From: Candidatus Latescibacterota bacterium
GTDB lineage: Bacteria; Latescibacterota; UBA2968; UBA8231
DNA length: 64,000 bases
NCBI GenBank assembly: GCA_965223905.1
Contig: CBDCXV010000010.1
Coordinates: 1,664,001-1,728,000, forward strand
Direction of reading: 5' to 3'
The stretch's first letter is position 1, and each line of letters starts with the position of its first letter. Shown here piece by piece: positions 30,762 through 41,219 of this stretch. A model generated the notes under the pieces. The model was given only the letters and a program-made list of their open reading frames with translations. It was not told the origin of the DNA and searched no databases. Made by a program: the position numbers and the translations under genes.

Positions 30762-32276
30762 ATGGAAACTGAACCAGCCGGCCGTTCGATTGCTCCGCGC
30801 GGGACTCGCCGCGTCCTGTTTGTCAGCGATCCTTCCAGCATCGCCACCAACCTGTTCCCGGATCCGGTGGTGGAAGAGGATCTTCGCCGCTGGGTGGACA
30901 TGCTCGCCGACAGTGGCGTCGACATCTTCCAGCAGGACGTCTACAACAAGGGCTGCACCGCCTACTGGCGGTCGGACCAGCTCCAGTACGACCCGCGCGA
31001 GCAGCACCGCCGGTTCCTGCCCCTGCTCGATGCCGGCATCCAGCCTCTGCAGGTGCTTCTCGAACACAGCCACCGCCGCGGCATGGCGTTCCACGCAGGG
31101 TTTCGCATGAACGACACCCACGCCGGAGCTCACTTTCCCCAGCGCGCCGATTTCGTCCAGTCTCACCCCGAGTGGCAGCTGAAAGACACCCGCGAGGGCC
31201 TCGGGTATCACGAGGGATTCCCTCTCGACTTCACCTTCGACGAGGTGCGCGACTTCGTCTTCGAGGTGATGCGGGAGGTCGTCAGCCGCTTCGACGTGGA
31301 CGGGATCGAGATGACGTTCCGGGATCCCGGGTACTTTCCGTTTCCCGAGGGCAGAGAGAGGGCCCACCTGATGACCCGGCTGGTCCGCCGCCTACGCGGG
31401 CTGGTCGATGAGCGCAGCCGCATCACGGGCCGGCGGATCTCGCTGGGGGCCAGGGTGTTCTCCACCCTCGACGAGTGCCTGGACATGGGACTCGACGTGC
31501 GAACGTGGGTCTCCGAGGGCCTGCTGGATTGTCTCAGCCCGATGGACACCATGTTCTGCGACTTCAACGCCGGGTGGGAGGAATTCGGAGCCCTGACCCG
31601 GGACAGCCGATGCCTGCTGTATCCGACGTTGAACCAATGGACCAGTCACCGCATGAGGATGGGAGGCGGAGGCATGAACCCGGCAAACTGCAGGGCGTTC
31701 GTGCACACCTTCTATGAAACCGGGGCCGACGGCCTCACCATCTACGCACCGGTCGCCGGATTTCTGTGGTCGCCTCCGTTCTATCCGCAGAGCCTGCAAG
31801 TGTTGCATCAGCTGCGCGACCCGCGCAGGGTCGCCGCCGGAGACAGGCACTACGTCTTCGACCCTACCTGGGAAGGGGTGACCGAGCTCGGTCGGGACCG
31901 TTGCTCGACCGGGGTCGTAAAGGCGCAGAGGGTCGTGCTCGACCGCGGCGCGGAAAAACCGTCGGGCACATACCGGTTCAGGTTGTACGAGCGCATGGAC
32001 AGGGTCCACCTGGCCACCTTGCTGTTGCGTGGGGGTCTCACCGGGCGGGACGAGCTGGAAGTGCAGCTCAACGGCGTGCCCCTGGCGCCCGGCCCCTTCG
32101 GCTGGCCCAACCCCAAGCTCCTCGAGAGGCATCCCGGCACACGCTGGTTCCCGGTGCCGCCGGATGCGATGGCATACGGCGACAACCGGCTGGCAATGAC
32201 GTTGACGAAGAGAGATCCGGATGCCGGCGGGGAAATCGTGATCGACGAAGTGGAAATCTGGGTGCAGCCGGAGTAA
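30762..32276 (+). CDS. Glycoside hydrolase-like protein (GHL10-like TIM barrel)
   Basis: GFRMNDTH, HPEWQL, LDFTFDEVR, FDVDGIEM, LDVRTWVSEGL. Confidence 0.65.
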   Translation: METEPAGRSIAPRGTRRVLFVSDPSSIATNLFPDPVVEEDLRRWVDMLADSGVDIFQQDVYNKGCTAYWRSDQLQYDPREQHRRFLPLLDAGIQPLQVLLEHSHRRGMAFHAGFRMNDTHAGAHFPQRADFVQSHPEWQLKDTREGLGYHEGFPLDFTFDEVRDFVFEVMREVVSRFDVDGIEMTFRDPGYFPFPEGRERAHLMTRLVRRLRGLVDERSRITGRRISLGARVFSTLDECLDMGLDVRTWVSEGLLDCLSPMDTMFCDFNAGWEEFGALTRDSRCLLYPTLNQWTSHRMRMGGGGMNPANCRAFVHTFYETGADGLTIYAPVAGFLWSPPFYPQSLQVLHQLRDPRRVAAGDRHYVFDPTWEGVTELGRDRCSTGVVKAQRVVLDRGAEKPSGTYRFRLYERMDRVHLATLLLRGGLTGRDELEVQLNGVPLAPGPFGWPNPKLLERHPGTRWFPVPPDAMAYGDNRLAMTLTKRDPDAGGEIVIDEVEIWVQPE

Positions 32277-32283
32277 CGCCGCG

Positions 32284-33033
32284 CTACTCGGTTGGCGTTC
32301 CCGGCGCCGGGGGAAGGGGTCCCGGCGGCTCGGGAACCGCGGCGCCCATCGCGAGCCAGAAAACCAAGAGGAACAGCACCATCCCCAGCGCCCGTTTCGC
32401 CGGCACCTGGGCCATCACCGACAGTCCGGTGCCGATGACGAACACCTGCCACAGGTCGAACAGGTTGATGCCGATAAGCAGCTTGCCGAAGAAGGTTTTG
32501 CCCGCCTCCTCCCCTACGAAGGCCCCCGGTCCCAGGTGGATGAACGGCTTCTGGGCGAACAGCATCAGCGGCGTGCTCACGACTTTCTCGATGGCGACGA
32601 TGACCGCGGCGTACCCCTTGAGGGTCAGCATCTGCCGCAGGGAAACCTCGACGCGGAAAATCCAGCGCCCGACGGCAAGCATCACCAGCCCGACGCAGAC
32701 CACCGTCGAGAACCCGTTCACCAGGGGCAGGGTCATCCAGCCGTGCTCGCGCCAGGTTTCCAGATTCTGCAGGGCCTCCTGCCGCTGCTCCTCAGGCAGC
32801 CCGTTCAGGCGATCCTGCATCGCCGGCAGTCCGGGGTCGGCGGTGACCGACAGGGTCGCGTAGTTCGAGCCGATCCAGACCAGGCACATCAGCATGACCG
32901 GCAGCAGCCAGTCCTGCGAGGTCGGGTCGTCGCGCACCGCTTCGAAGCTCGTCCGCGGGGCGTACACCACGCGCGCCAGCCGGTCCGTCAGGGACAGGTC
33001 CTCGTAACCGGTGGAGAAGGAAGGTTTGTTCAT
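32284..33033 (-). CDS. Yip1-domain membrane protein
   Basis: RLARVVYAPRTSFEAV...WLLP; ~5 TM segments; INLFDLW. Confidence 0.75.
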   Translation of the reverse strand: MNKPSFSTGYEDLSLTDRLARVVYAPRTSFEAVRDDPTSQDWLLPVMLMCLVWIGSNYATLSVTADPGLPAMQDRLNGLPEEQRQEALQNLETWREHGWMTLPLVNGFSTVVCVGLVMLAVGRWIFRVEVSLRQMLTLKGYAAVIVAIEKVVSTPLMLFAQKPFIHLGPGAFVGEEAGKTFFGKLLIGINLFDLWQVFVIGTGLSVMAQVPAKRALGMVLFLLVFWLAMGAAVPEPPGPLPPAPGTPTE

Positions 33034-33111
33034 GATGGCAGTGCCCTGAAGAGACCGAATATAGGGATGAACCCCGCCCTGCGGACAGGCTCCGTCGGCT
33101 CCCCGAACCCG

Positions 33112-33140
33112 TTGACAGAAGCGCCTTTGCGGGATAGAAT
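33112..33140 (+). promoter_or_regulatory. Sigma70 promoter of tRNA-Glu
   Basis: TTGACA-17-TAGAAT. Confidence 0.75.
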
Positions 33141-33163
33141 TAACCGATTCGCAACCGCTTTAT

Positions 33164-33239
33164 GGCCCGTTCGTCTAGAGGCCCAGGACGCCGGCCTCTC
33201 ACGCCGGTAACACGGGTTCGAATCCCGTACGGGCTACCA
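33164..33239 (+). tRNA. tRNA-Glu (CTC)
   Basis: Acceptor GGCCCGT/ACGGGCT, anticodon stem CCGGC-CTCTCAC-GCCGG, GGTTCGAATCC, encoded CCA. Confidence 0.95.
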
Positions 33240-33250
33240 TGAAATTTGAG

Positions 33251-33281
33251 AAGGGAGTGTCGGAAGGCACTCCCTTTTTTT
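33251..33281 (+). terminator. Rho-independent terminator
   Basis: AAGGGAGTG-TCGGAAGG-CACTCCCTT followed by a T run. Confidence 0.8.
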
Positions 33282-33367
33282 GTTGTCACCCAGCAATAGA
33301 CGCACCGGAACCGCTGCTGAAGCCATGGCCTCGAATGTGCCCGATACTGGCGGTATTCCGCGCCGGG

Positions 33368-33796
33368 TCAGGCGGCCCTGTCGGCGACCACGAGGCTGCG
33401 GCCGAGTGCGCGCAGGGCGGTTTCCACGCTGTCTACATGGGATCGATGGCCGGGATTGCACAGCTTGCGCACGGCCCCTTCGCTCAGGCCGAGAAGGCGG
33501 GCGAGCTCGACCTTGGTGACCCCCTGGCGCCGCATGGCCGTATAGAGGGCAAGCTTGGCGGCGAGGACGGTCGGGACCGCTACCAATTCCTGCCCGGGAA
33601 CCGCGGCGCTGGGAACGGGGATGTCCCAGCGTTTGTGGACGTATCCCGTCAGGGCGACGGCGAGGGCGTCCTCGGCCATCGCCAAGGCTTCCGCTCGATC
33701 ATCGCCGCAAGTCAACGCACCGGGGACATCGGGAAAGGAGACGAACAACCCTCCCTCTTCTTCCGGAGTCAGGACGCATGGATAGACATAATGCAT
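33368..33796 (-). CDS. hicB: HicB antitoxin
   Basis: YPCVLTPEEEGGLFVSFPDVPGALTCGDDRAEALAMAEDAL; C-terminal HTH. Confidence 0.9.
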   Translation of the reverse strand: MHYVYPCVLTPEEEGGLFVSFPDVPGALTCGDDRAEALAMAEDALAVALTGYVHKRWDIPVPSAAVPGQELVAVPTVLAAKLALYTAMRRQGVTKVELARLLGLSEGAVRKLCNPGHRSHVDSVETALRALGRSLVVADRAA

Positions 33797-33800
33797 GGCT

Positions 33801-34007
33801 TCAAAACTCCTTCTTGGGGATGTCGAGGTCCTTCAGCATGGCGGCCAGCAACCCGCTCCCGATCTCTTTGCGAGGCACAGTGGTCAGGCGGTCGCCCAGG
33901 TAGATCAGCCCATGGCTGCCTTTACCGTGGCTGGGATCGAAACTGTATTCCCTGCCTGTCTTCCTGGCATAACGCCTGACCCGCCTGATGAATTCCGCTC
34001 CGTTCAT
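33801..34007 (-). CDS. hicA: HicA toxin
   Basis: MNGAEFIRRV...GKGSHGLIYLG...TTVP...GLLAAMLKDL. Confidence 0.85.
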   Translation of the reverse strand: MNGAEFIRRVRRYARKTGREYSFDPSHGKGSHGLIYLGDRLTTVPRKEIGSGLLAAMLKDLDIPKKEF

Positions 34008-34139
34008 GCCCCCGATGAACCTGCACCGAAAAGAACGATTCATCAAGTATTTCGTAAAAAAAAGGACCTCATAGGGAACAAGGACCTCACCGGGACCCGC
34101 CCCCGCGGCGTCCCCGAACTCGATCGCCGGAGAAATGAC

Positions 34140-35540
34140 ATGCCACGTCCCGTTCGCATCGGCGTAATCGGCGCCGGTTCCGCCACCTTCACCCTCGGCC
34201 TCGTCAGGGACCTGAGCCTGACGCCCAACCTGAAAGGGAGCGAGGTCCACTTCATGGACATCGACGCCGAGCGCCTCGACGCGGTCACCCGCATGGCGCG
34301 GCGCTACACCGACGAGGTCGGGGCGGAGCTCCGTTTCGAGCAGACCACCGAGCGCGCCGAAGCGCTGCGCGGCTGCGACTTCGTCATCGACACCGCCATG
34401 GTGCAGAGCCATCACCACCAGGCCGGCATGAGGGAGCTGATGGCCAAGCACGGCTACTACTACCGCGGCGTCTCCGGCGGCTCCTTCTACCAGTTCCGCG
34501 TCATGATGGAGCTGGGCCGGGACATGGAGCGGCTGTGCCCGGAGGCCTGGCTGATCCAGTCGGGCAACCCGGTGTTCGACGGCTGCACCCTGATGACGCG
34601 GGAGATGCCGATCAGGATCTGCGGCCTCTGCCACGGGCATTTCGGGTACCTGCGCATCGCCGACGAGCTCGGCCTCGACCCCGACCGCGTCGACTTCGAG
34701 GCGCCCGGGGTCAACCACTGCATCTGGATGACGAGCTTCCGCTGCGACGGCGAGGACGCCTACCCGCTGATCGACCGCTGGATCGAGGAAGAGGGGGAGA
34801 ACTACTGGTCCACCCACGAGGCGGCCGGGACCCACGACATCCAGCTCTCGCGCGGCACCATCCACCAGTACCGCATGTACGGGCTGATGCCGATCGGCGA
34901 CACGCCGCGGTCGGGCGGCTGGTGGTACCACACCGACATCGACACCAAGAAGCACTGGTACGGGGAACCGTTCGGAGGCCCGGACACGCACATCGCGCGG
35001 CCGGTGTTCGTCGAGCGCCTCGACCGCAGGATGGAGCAGATACGGGCCGCGTGCGCCGACCCGGGGGCGCGCATGACCGAGGTTTTCGGCACCGAGCGCA
35101 CCCGCGAGCAGCAGGTGCCGATCATCGACGCGCTCGCCAACGACGTGCGCGGGAAGTTCCAGGTCAACGTCCCGAACCGGGGGGCCCTGCCCGGGGTCGA
35201 CGACGACGTCGTGGTCGAGGTGCCGGCGGTTATCGACGGCGAGGGGATCCGGCCGCTAAGGCTCGAGCCGCTGCCGAAGAAGATCATGCTGGAGCAGGTC
35301 CTGCCGGAGATCCTGCGCATGGAGCGGGGGTTGGAGGCATATCGCACGGGGGACCGGAGCATGCTGCTGTGGGGGGCGCTGGAGAACCACCAGACCCGTT
35401 CGTACGAGCAGGCCTGGGCGGCGCTGGAGGAGCTGCTGGAGCAGCCGGCCAACCGCGAGCTGGCCGAGCACTTCAGGTATCCGTGGGGCGAGGGGGAGGA
35501 GCGCAGGTGGCTGCGGGGGGTGGGTGAGGTGGCTGGGTAG
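34140..35540 (+). CDS. Family 4 glycoside hydrolase (alpha-glucosidase/galactosidase)
   Basis: IGVIGAGSATF, QSGNP, GLCHG, GVNHCIW, VNVPNRGA...VVEVP. Confidence 0.9.
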   Translation: MPRPVRIGVIGAGSATFTLGLVRDLSLTPNLKGSEVHFMDIDAERLDAVTRMARRYTDEVGAELRFEQTTERAEALRGCDFVIDTAMVQSHHHQAGMRELMAKHGYYYRGVSGGSFYQFRVMMELGRDMERLCPEAWLIQSGNPVFDGCTLMTREMPIRICGLCHGHFGYLRIADELGLDPDRVDFEAPGVNHCIWMTSFRCDGEDAYPLIDRWIEEEGENYWSTHEAAGTHDIQLSRGTIHQYRMYGLMPIGDTPRSGGWWYHTDIDTKKHWYGEPFGGPDTHIARPVFVERLDRRMEQIRAACADPGARMTEVFGTERTREQQVPIIDALANDVRGKFQVNVPNRGALPGVDDDVVVEVPAVIDGEGIRPLRLEPLPKKIMLEQVLPEILRMERGLEAYRTGDRSMLLWGALENHQTRSYEQAWAALEELLEQPANRELAEHFRYPWGEGEERRWLRGVGEVAG

Positions 35541-35707
35541 GGTCGCTGGCAAGCTGGGGGCAGGTTGGCCAACGGATCCTGAGGTGGTGGAGATCACTCC
35601 CGACGGCATCGGGGTGCCCGAGGAATGCTGGCAGACGCCCAGAGCGACTGAGCCGTTCTGCAAGACCGCGGGATTTCCCCGAGCCCGGGCTTACCCGCAG
35701 GTCCGCT

Positions 35708-36607
35708 TCAGGTCAGCGCCGGGGGGCGAAAGACCTCTTTCTCATGCCACTTCACGAACCTGGGGTCCGGGCCAAGGCAGGTGTTCCGGGGCGCTCGAAG
35801 CGGACTGTCGTGGTAGTCGAGGAACCAGCGGACCGGGGCGCTGAGGCCGTGGACCTCACTTGAAACAAGCACCCTGTAGCCCCCCTCTACCGGTTCCAGA
35901 CCGAGCGCGCCACGGTCGAAGGCCTTGTGGTGCAGCCCGCACAACGCCAGTCCGTTCGCGACCTCGTCGGGACCTCCGGCGGCGTGCCACTTGATGTGCG
36001 CCGCTTCCAGACCGATCAACTCATTCCCAAGTCGCACATCGAAGTCACAGACGGCGCAGCGGCGCTGGTACTCCCGCAGAACCTCGTCGCGGAAGGCCGG
36101 GTTGCGCCGCGGGGGTAGTGGCGCGTCCCGCACCGCCCAGGTTCGCGGGATTCCGACTGCATCGCGGATCTCGTCATGCAGCGATTCCGGGAAGTGCCCG
36201 TCCAGTAGTCTTTGCGACGCCTCTCTCGCCAGCTCCGGCCGGTTGCTGAGCAGGTCGTACAGCGGGGCTGGAAAACCGCCCTGCACTCCCCGCTCGCGAA
36301 GATCACGTACGCGAAGATCTCCGCTCGCGGTTCGGGACAAGGTTTCGCTCCCGGGGGTCTCCCAAAGTTCGTCGGCGGGAAGCCTGCCGAACGGGAACTC
36401 CGGACGCGGCTTGCGGGGTGGACCGAAATTTTTCAGGAGGTCCGTGAGCCGGGTCTCGATCTGCTGGTAGGAGGCAAGGCGTTCCTCCATGCGGAGGACG
36501 CGTCCGAGCGCCAACAACAGCAGCAGGGGCTTGTGCGGCGCGCGTTCACCGCGTCGCTGCCAGACGTTGATGCGCTCGATCTTCTCGAGGAACTCGTCCC
36601 GGTCCAT
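35708..36607 (-). CDS. Sulfur-binding-domain HNH endonuclease (phosphorothioate-DNA-binding type)
   Basis: RAPHKPLLLL and PEFPFGRL...W (SBD-like); CAVC...LEAAHIKWH...NGLALCGLHHKAFDRG. Confidence 0.8.
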   Translation of the reverse strand: MDRDEFLEKIERINVWQRRGERAPHKPLLLLLALGRVLRMEERLASYQQIETRLTDLLKNFGPPRKPRPEFPFGRLPADELWETPGSETLSRTASGDLRVRDLRERGVQGGFPAPLYDLLSNRPELAREASQRLLDGHFPESLHDEIRDAVGIPRTWAVRDAPLPPRRNPAFRDEVLREYQRRCAVCDFDVRLGNELIGLEAAHIKWHAAGGPDEVANGLALCGLHHKAFDRGALGLEPVEGGYRVLVSSEVHGLSAPVRWFLDYHDSPLRAPRNTCLGPDPRFVKWHEKEVFRPPALT

Positions 36608-36646
36608 AGATCAGAAAGAGGCCGAGATCCGGGCGAACCGTCAAGG

Positions 36647-37462
36647 TTACAAATGACACACGGCACAGCCTTCCGCTAAATCCGGGGCTGGGATCTCCTC
36701 CCGCTCCGGAAGCTCGGCAATTCTCAGTAGCGGCCGTCCGTCGACCCAGGTATAGCCCCGGTCTCCGGCGCTATCCTGCTCATACCCCATTGCTTTTTCG
36801 AAAAGATCGGGGTGCACCTCCTTGAGGTTCTGCCATTCCCCGACCTGCTGGTAAAAACAGAAGTAACAGCCGGAACGGGACCGCCAGCGGTAGTAGCCGG
36901 GCAACCCGATGCCTGATTCGGTCAGAATTCGCTTGATGTCCTCAAGGATCATCCCCGCGTCCTTGAAAGGGTACACGGGCAGGATGTTCGGCCGCTGGGA
37001 GATCACCGGTGGCTTCTTCGATTGGTACCCCTCCCTGTCCTCGTCACCGCGAATGCCGATGTAGCTGAACGCGTGGCTGTCGCCGACGAACCGCTCGAAC
37101 GGCTGAATCTTCAGCACTCGCGTGCACCATCTCGAACGCGGATTCGGCAGGAATCCGCCGTAGAGCTCGTTCAGGTAGACGTCGAAGGGATTGCGCCCGG
37201 GCTTCCTCGCGACTTTGAGGTCGTCGAGAGCATTGAGCCGCTGCACCTCCACGCCCAGGAGTGCTTCCAGCCGTTCGAGGTACTCGTAGGTTTCGGGCAA
37301 TTCGCAGCCGGTATCGCAGAACACGTACTCCGCGGGGATCTCAGGGAAATTCTGGCGCATGTACAGGGCGAGCGCGGTAGAGTCCTTGCCGCCGGAGATA
37401 CTGACGATGTGGCGAATGTTCTTGTCGGACAGGCTTTCAAGCGCCTCCTGCATACTAGCCAT
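36647..37462 (-). CDS. sspD: PAPS-reductase family protein (SspD/DndC-like)
   Basis: SISGGKDS, FCDTG.ELPETY, RWCTRVLK, GIRGDE, RSGCYFC, terminal CAVCHL. Confidence 0.8.
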   Translation of the reverse strand: MASMQEALESLSDKNIRHIVSISGGKDSTALALYMRQNFPEIPAEYVFCDTGCELPETYEYLERLEALLGVEVQRLNALDDLKVARKPGRNPFDVYLNELYGGFLPNPRSRWCTRVLKIQPFERFVGDSHAFSYIGIRGDEDREGYQSKKPPVISQRPNILPVYPFKDAGMILEDIKRILTESGIGLPGYYRWRSRSGCYFCFYQQVGEWQNLKEVHPDLFEKAMGYEQDSAGDRGYTWVDGRPLLRIAELPEREEIPAPDLAEGCAVCHL

Positions 37463-40400
37463 CGTGGGGTTCCTTCGTCCTTATTTGCCGAATTGCGGAC
37501 AGCCTCCTCTCCGCTTCCACTTCGCCGACCAGGTCGACAAGCTTGGCGAACAGTGCGCCAATACGGCCTTCGAGGAATTTCGACAAGCCGTGAGCGGCGC
37601 TGCTGTCCTCCAACAGGCCGCTGAGTTCGAGGGCCGACTCCTCGATCTGCTGCACTGTCGCCTGTAGTTCACGCTCGAAATGCGCGATGGTACTGTCGTC
37701 CCACCTGGCGAGGGGCTTACCGACGAGTAACGTGGCGAGGGAGTCCGCGAGCTTCTCGTCGGACCTGTACTTCATTTGCATGATCTTCAGCATGCTGGTG
37801 GTCGTGCTCGCCGGTCCCATCCTCTCAACGAAGCTCTGGGAAAAACAGCCGGCCCATTCCCTGGCCACGACCTGCAAGTTCTCTGCCTGATCGCGATCCC
37901 CCAGGCGTATCGCCCGGCGTACAGCCGCTCCTGCCTGTTGCGCGTACGTGCGTGTGACATCCATCAGCTCCTGCTTCGCCGCCTCTATGCCTTCGAGGGC
38001 TTCACTGGTCGCGCGGTCTTCCCCTCCTAGACGGGGCAGATCCTGCAGGATGAGGCGGACGGGGTCGCCCCCTTTGCGGATGAACTGCTGCAGTTTCTGG
38101 CCGGCTGGAGTCAGCTGGCGGGTGGTCAGGGCCGCTACCGGCAGCTGTGCCTTCCAGGCCTCCAGTGCGTCGTGACAGAGCCGGACCAGGTCGGCCTCCG
38201 GGGCTTCGTACTCCGGACCGGCGGTGAAGATGCGGTGCAGGCCGCGCAGGTACTTTTCGCTCTCGTCATCCAGCTCCAGCACGCTGACGCGGAAACGGTC
38301 CGGCTCTCGGCACAGGCTCTCGATGACGGAAGGCAGGATGTCTGCCACGTAGGCCCCGTCCTTCATCAGGGACAGGGCGCTTGGGAACGCCTTGAGTCCG
38401 GCGGCAAGCAGGATCGGCAGCAAACCTTCCCGTACCCCATGGGGCGGCTCCATCAACTTGTGCAGAAGCAGGCGAGGGTCCTTCGGCGTCGTGCTCGGCT
38501 CAGTAAGGAAGACCTCGACTTCCCTCCACACCTGCTTCAGGCCGGGGTCCTCGAGCTCTTCCGGATCCGCATATCGCCAGCGGCCGTTGTCCTGCCGGTA
38601 GAGCCCGGTGTGAAGCAGCACGCACCGGAACATCGACGAATCAGGGAAGTTCCCCTCGATGCCTAAGCCTTCCATGCCAGACCGTTCCAGGATCCCGAGC
38701 ATCAGCTTCTTGCGGGCGTTCACCACGACCGCGGAAGGACGGTGCCTGACGATCATCTCGTTGTTGATGCGGGGGCAGTGCCCGAACACTTCCTCCATGA
38801 TGTTCGACAGCGCCGTCCGCAGGCCGCGGGGGGAGTCGGCTCGCCGCATCGGCTTACCCTTGTGGAACCACCGCGGCCCATCGAAACCGGGCCAGACCAG
38901 CCGGTCCAAGAGCTGTTGCAGATGGCCTTGGGCGTCGTCGGTCATTTGCTGCAGCTCCGGACCGACGAGAGGATCGGCCCCGACAAGCTCGCTGTCGGTC
39001 TGCATCCTCAGCAGGCACCAGACCTCCAGGGCGGCCTCGCGGATCGGCAGCGGTTCCCGGGGCAGGGCCACCACGATCCGGTCGGCGTTCAGGTCCGACC
39101 GAACCGCCTGCTCGGCCTGTGAGATCTCCTCGTGGCTTTCCGCCAGGACGTACAGCACCTCTCCATCCGTGCCGGGATCGAGCCGCCTCAGGTACTGGTC
39201 CTGTCTAAGGGATTCGGGAAGGGTCGCTACGCACTCGTAGCGGCCGGCCAGGTATCTTCGGACGCAGCGCTTGGCGTTGTACTCGACGGGGCGCCAGGCG
39301 GGCGGCCTGGCTTCCTCGCTGAGGAACTTCAGGTCGTCGAACTGCTCTTCCTGCCTTCGCTTCTCCTCCTCAAGCCTGCCCCGCAAGTCGACGTCCGTGC
39401 CGTGCCATACGGCCACCTGGTCGCTGTGGCGGCGGTGCAGCAGCAACTTGCGATCGACCAGTTTCTCGACGACTTCCTCTCCCGCATCGCTCGTGGTGTA
39501 TCCCCTGAGCGCGAATTGCAGCAGGCCGAGGCCGGCGCGGGAGCGCTCGCCGCTCGTACCGAGACTGAGCAGGCAGGCTGCCTTCAGAGCCTTTGCCTCG
39601 TTTTCACCAGAGACCTTCGTCAGGGCGCTTTCCGTCTCGAGCCACTGACGGTAGGTGCCGCCAACCGATGTATCCGCCCTCATCACCGGGGCGAAGTAGT
39701 CGTACAGGGAGGCCGGTCCAACCTCCCCGTCCATATCCGCCGCGTAGAGGAAGCTGAACAGGGTGCGCTCGTTCTGCGCCACGCGGGCTGCCAGGCGAGG
39801 CAGCAGGTACAGCGTCACAGGTTCGAGGGGATATGCCCGGTGAAGCACCTGCTGGATCTCCGTGAGGGTGGCTTCTCCGAACAACCCATGAGTCTTGCAT
39901 TCACGGGCAGCCCTGAGCGCAAGGGGCCCCGCCAGCTTCTTCCCGCCTCTGCGGGAAGCCACTACCTCCGAGACGAGCCGGTAGATCTCCTTGCTCTCAT
40001 CGACGTACTGCAGGGTGCGGAAGCGGCCTTCGATCTTGGTCCACTCCGAACGGACCGACTGGGTCATGTTCCCCGCGTACTGGAGCAGACTCTGATGGAG
40101 GAACAGGCCCATCGTCGCCGGCACCCCCCTGGTGCGGCTGACGAACTCCGCCAGCACCTGGATTTCCGCCAGTGCGGAAGTCCGCCCCTCGCTGAGCAGG
40201 GCTTCGAGGTGCCGTCCGAACTCGTCCCACAGCAGGACGACCCGGTCGCACCCGCACACCGCGGCCTTCTTCTGCAGGGCGGCCAGCACGTTATCCAACC
40301 CGTTCTGCCCCCCGGTATTCAACCCTTCGATGCTCTTGGTCCGGCGCCCGAGCTTCAACCGTCTCATGCTGCGGATCGCGGCATCCCGCAACGCCTCGGC

Positions 40401-40793
40401 CACGTTCGGGCAGTACCCGTGGAGCGCCAGGACAAACCCTCGTTTTTCTGCGCTCCTTCCCCTTCTCCTCACGGAAAGAGCCAGTTCCGAACTGACCGCT
40501 TCCAGGCGATCGGTTACTTCACCCAGGGAATCGGCGGCAGCCGGCCTGTTCTCAATCACGTGCAGGGCGTAGGTCGCCGTCAGCGATTTGCCGCTTCCAT
40601 ACGGGGCCACGACGAAATAGGCGCGCTCGTTCTCTTGGCCGAAGAGGGCCTTGAGCAGGGGGACGGTCTTGGCAGTGGGACGAAAGTGGTCGATCCGCTC
40701 CGGCTCGTCGGCGTCGTAGACGAGGTTGATGGAACGCAGGAATGCGTCCTGCGAGACAGGCTCGCCCACCTCGGTTTTCCTTTTACGCTGCAT
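37455..40793 (-). CDS. sspC: Large ATPase (SspC-like)
   Basis: FLRSINL, Walker A APYGSGKS, Walker B LLWDEFGRHLE, EWTKIEGRF, AQNERTLFSFL; 1112 aa. Confidence 0.75.
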   Translation of the reverse strand: MQRKRKTEVGEPVSQDAFLRSINLVYDADEPERIDHFRPTAKTVPLLKALFGQENERAYFVVAPYGSGKSLTATYALHVIENRPAAADSLGEVTDRLEAVSSELALSVRRRGRSAEKRGFVLALHGYCPNVAEALRDAAIRSMRRLKLGRRTKSIEGLNTGGQNGLDNVLAALQKKAAVCGCDRVVLLWDEFGRHLEALLSEGRTSALAEIQVLAEFVSRTRGVPATMGLFLHQSLLQYAGNMTQSVRSEWTKIEGRFRTLQYVDESKEIYRLVSEVVASRRGGKKLAGPLALRAARECKTHGLFGEATLTEIQQVLHRAYPLEPVTLYLLPRLAARVAQNERTLFSFLYAADMDGEVGPASLYDYFAPVMRADTSVGGTYRQWLETESALTKVSGENEAKALKAACLLSLGTSGERSRAGLGLLQFALRGYTTSDAGEEVVEKLVDRKLLLHRRHSDQVAVWHGTDVDLRGRLEEEKRRQEEQFDDLKFLSEEARPPAWRPVEYNAKRCVRRYLAGRYECVATLPESLRQDQYLRRLDPGTDGEVLYVLAESHEEISQAEQAVRSDLNADRIVVALPREPLPIREAALEVWCLLRMQTDSELVGADPLVGPELQQMTDDAQGHLQQLLDRLVWPGFDGPRWFHKGKPMRRADSPRGLRTALSNIMEEVFGHCPRINNEMIVRHRPSAVVVNARKKLMLGILERSGMEGLGIEGNFPDSSMFRCVLLHTGLYRQDNGRWRYADPEELEDPGLKQVWREVEVFLTEPSTTPKDPRLLLHKLMEPPHGVREGLLPILLAAGLKAFPSALSLMKDGAYVADILPSVIESLCREPDRFRVSVLELDDESEKYLRGLHRIFTAGPEYEAPEADLVRLCHDALEAWKAQLPVAALTTRQLTPAGQKLQQFIRKGGDPVRLILQDLPRLGGEDRATSEALEGIEAAKQELMDVTRTYAQQAGAAVRRAIRLGDRDQAENLQVVAREWAGCFSQSFVERMGPASTTTSMLKIMQMKYRSDEKLADSLATLLVGKPLARWDDSTIAHFERELQATVQQIEESALELSGLLEDSSAAHGLSKFLEGRIGALFAKLVDLVGEVEAERRLSAIRQIRTKEPHDG

Positions 40794-41219
40794 GGAGACC
40801 CTTCATCTGCAGGAACCGTTGCAGGCCCTCGACGCACACCGCCTTGTCGAAGCGCTGCAGCTTGAAGCTGTTGAAGAACCAATCCCAGGTGGTCGCGTGC
40901 TCCTCGCTGCTGATCAGGTTCACGTGAAGCGCTCACCAGGTGCCTATGTCGGTGAAGTAGGGGTCGCGCTCCCAGACGAGATTGCCCAAGGGGGTAGGTT
41001 GCAACGGGGCGCTCTTTCGAGGCCGCCTTCCCGAGACTTGCTCGCACAGGCCGGTCGCCTGAAGCCATACCGGATCGACTTGGCCATGTTGCGGCCCACG
41101 CCGAGCCAGTCGGCAACGTGCTCGCCGATGAGTTTCTCGGGCTCTTCGACGACGAGCTTCAACCCTTTGTGCAGCCACCCTTCCCGAACGGGGAAGGTCT
41201 CGTGTCCACCGAACCTCAT
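40783..41219 (-). pseudogene. sspB: DUF4007 protein (SspB-like), disrupted and truncated
   Basis: MRFGGHETFPVREGWLHKG, LGVGRNMAKSIRYWL, DPYF; frameshift ~41066, in-frame TGA 40933-35, ends after ~145 codons. Confidence 0.8.
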
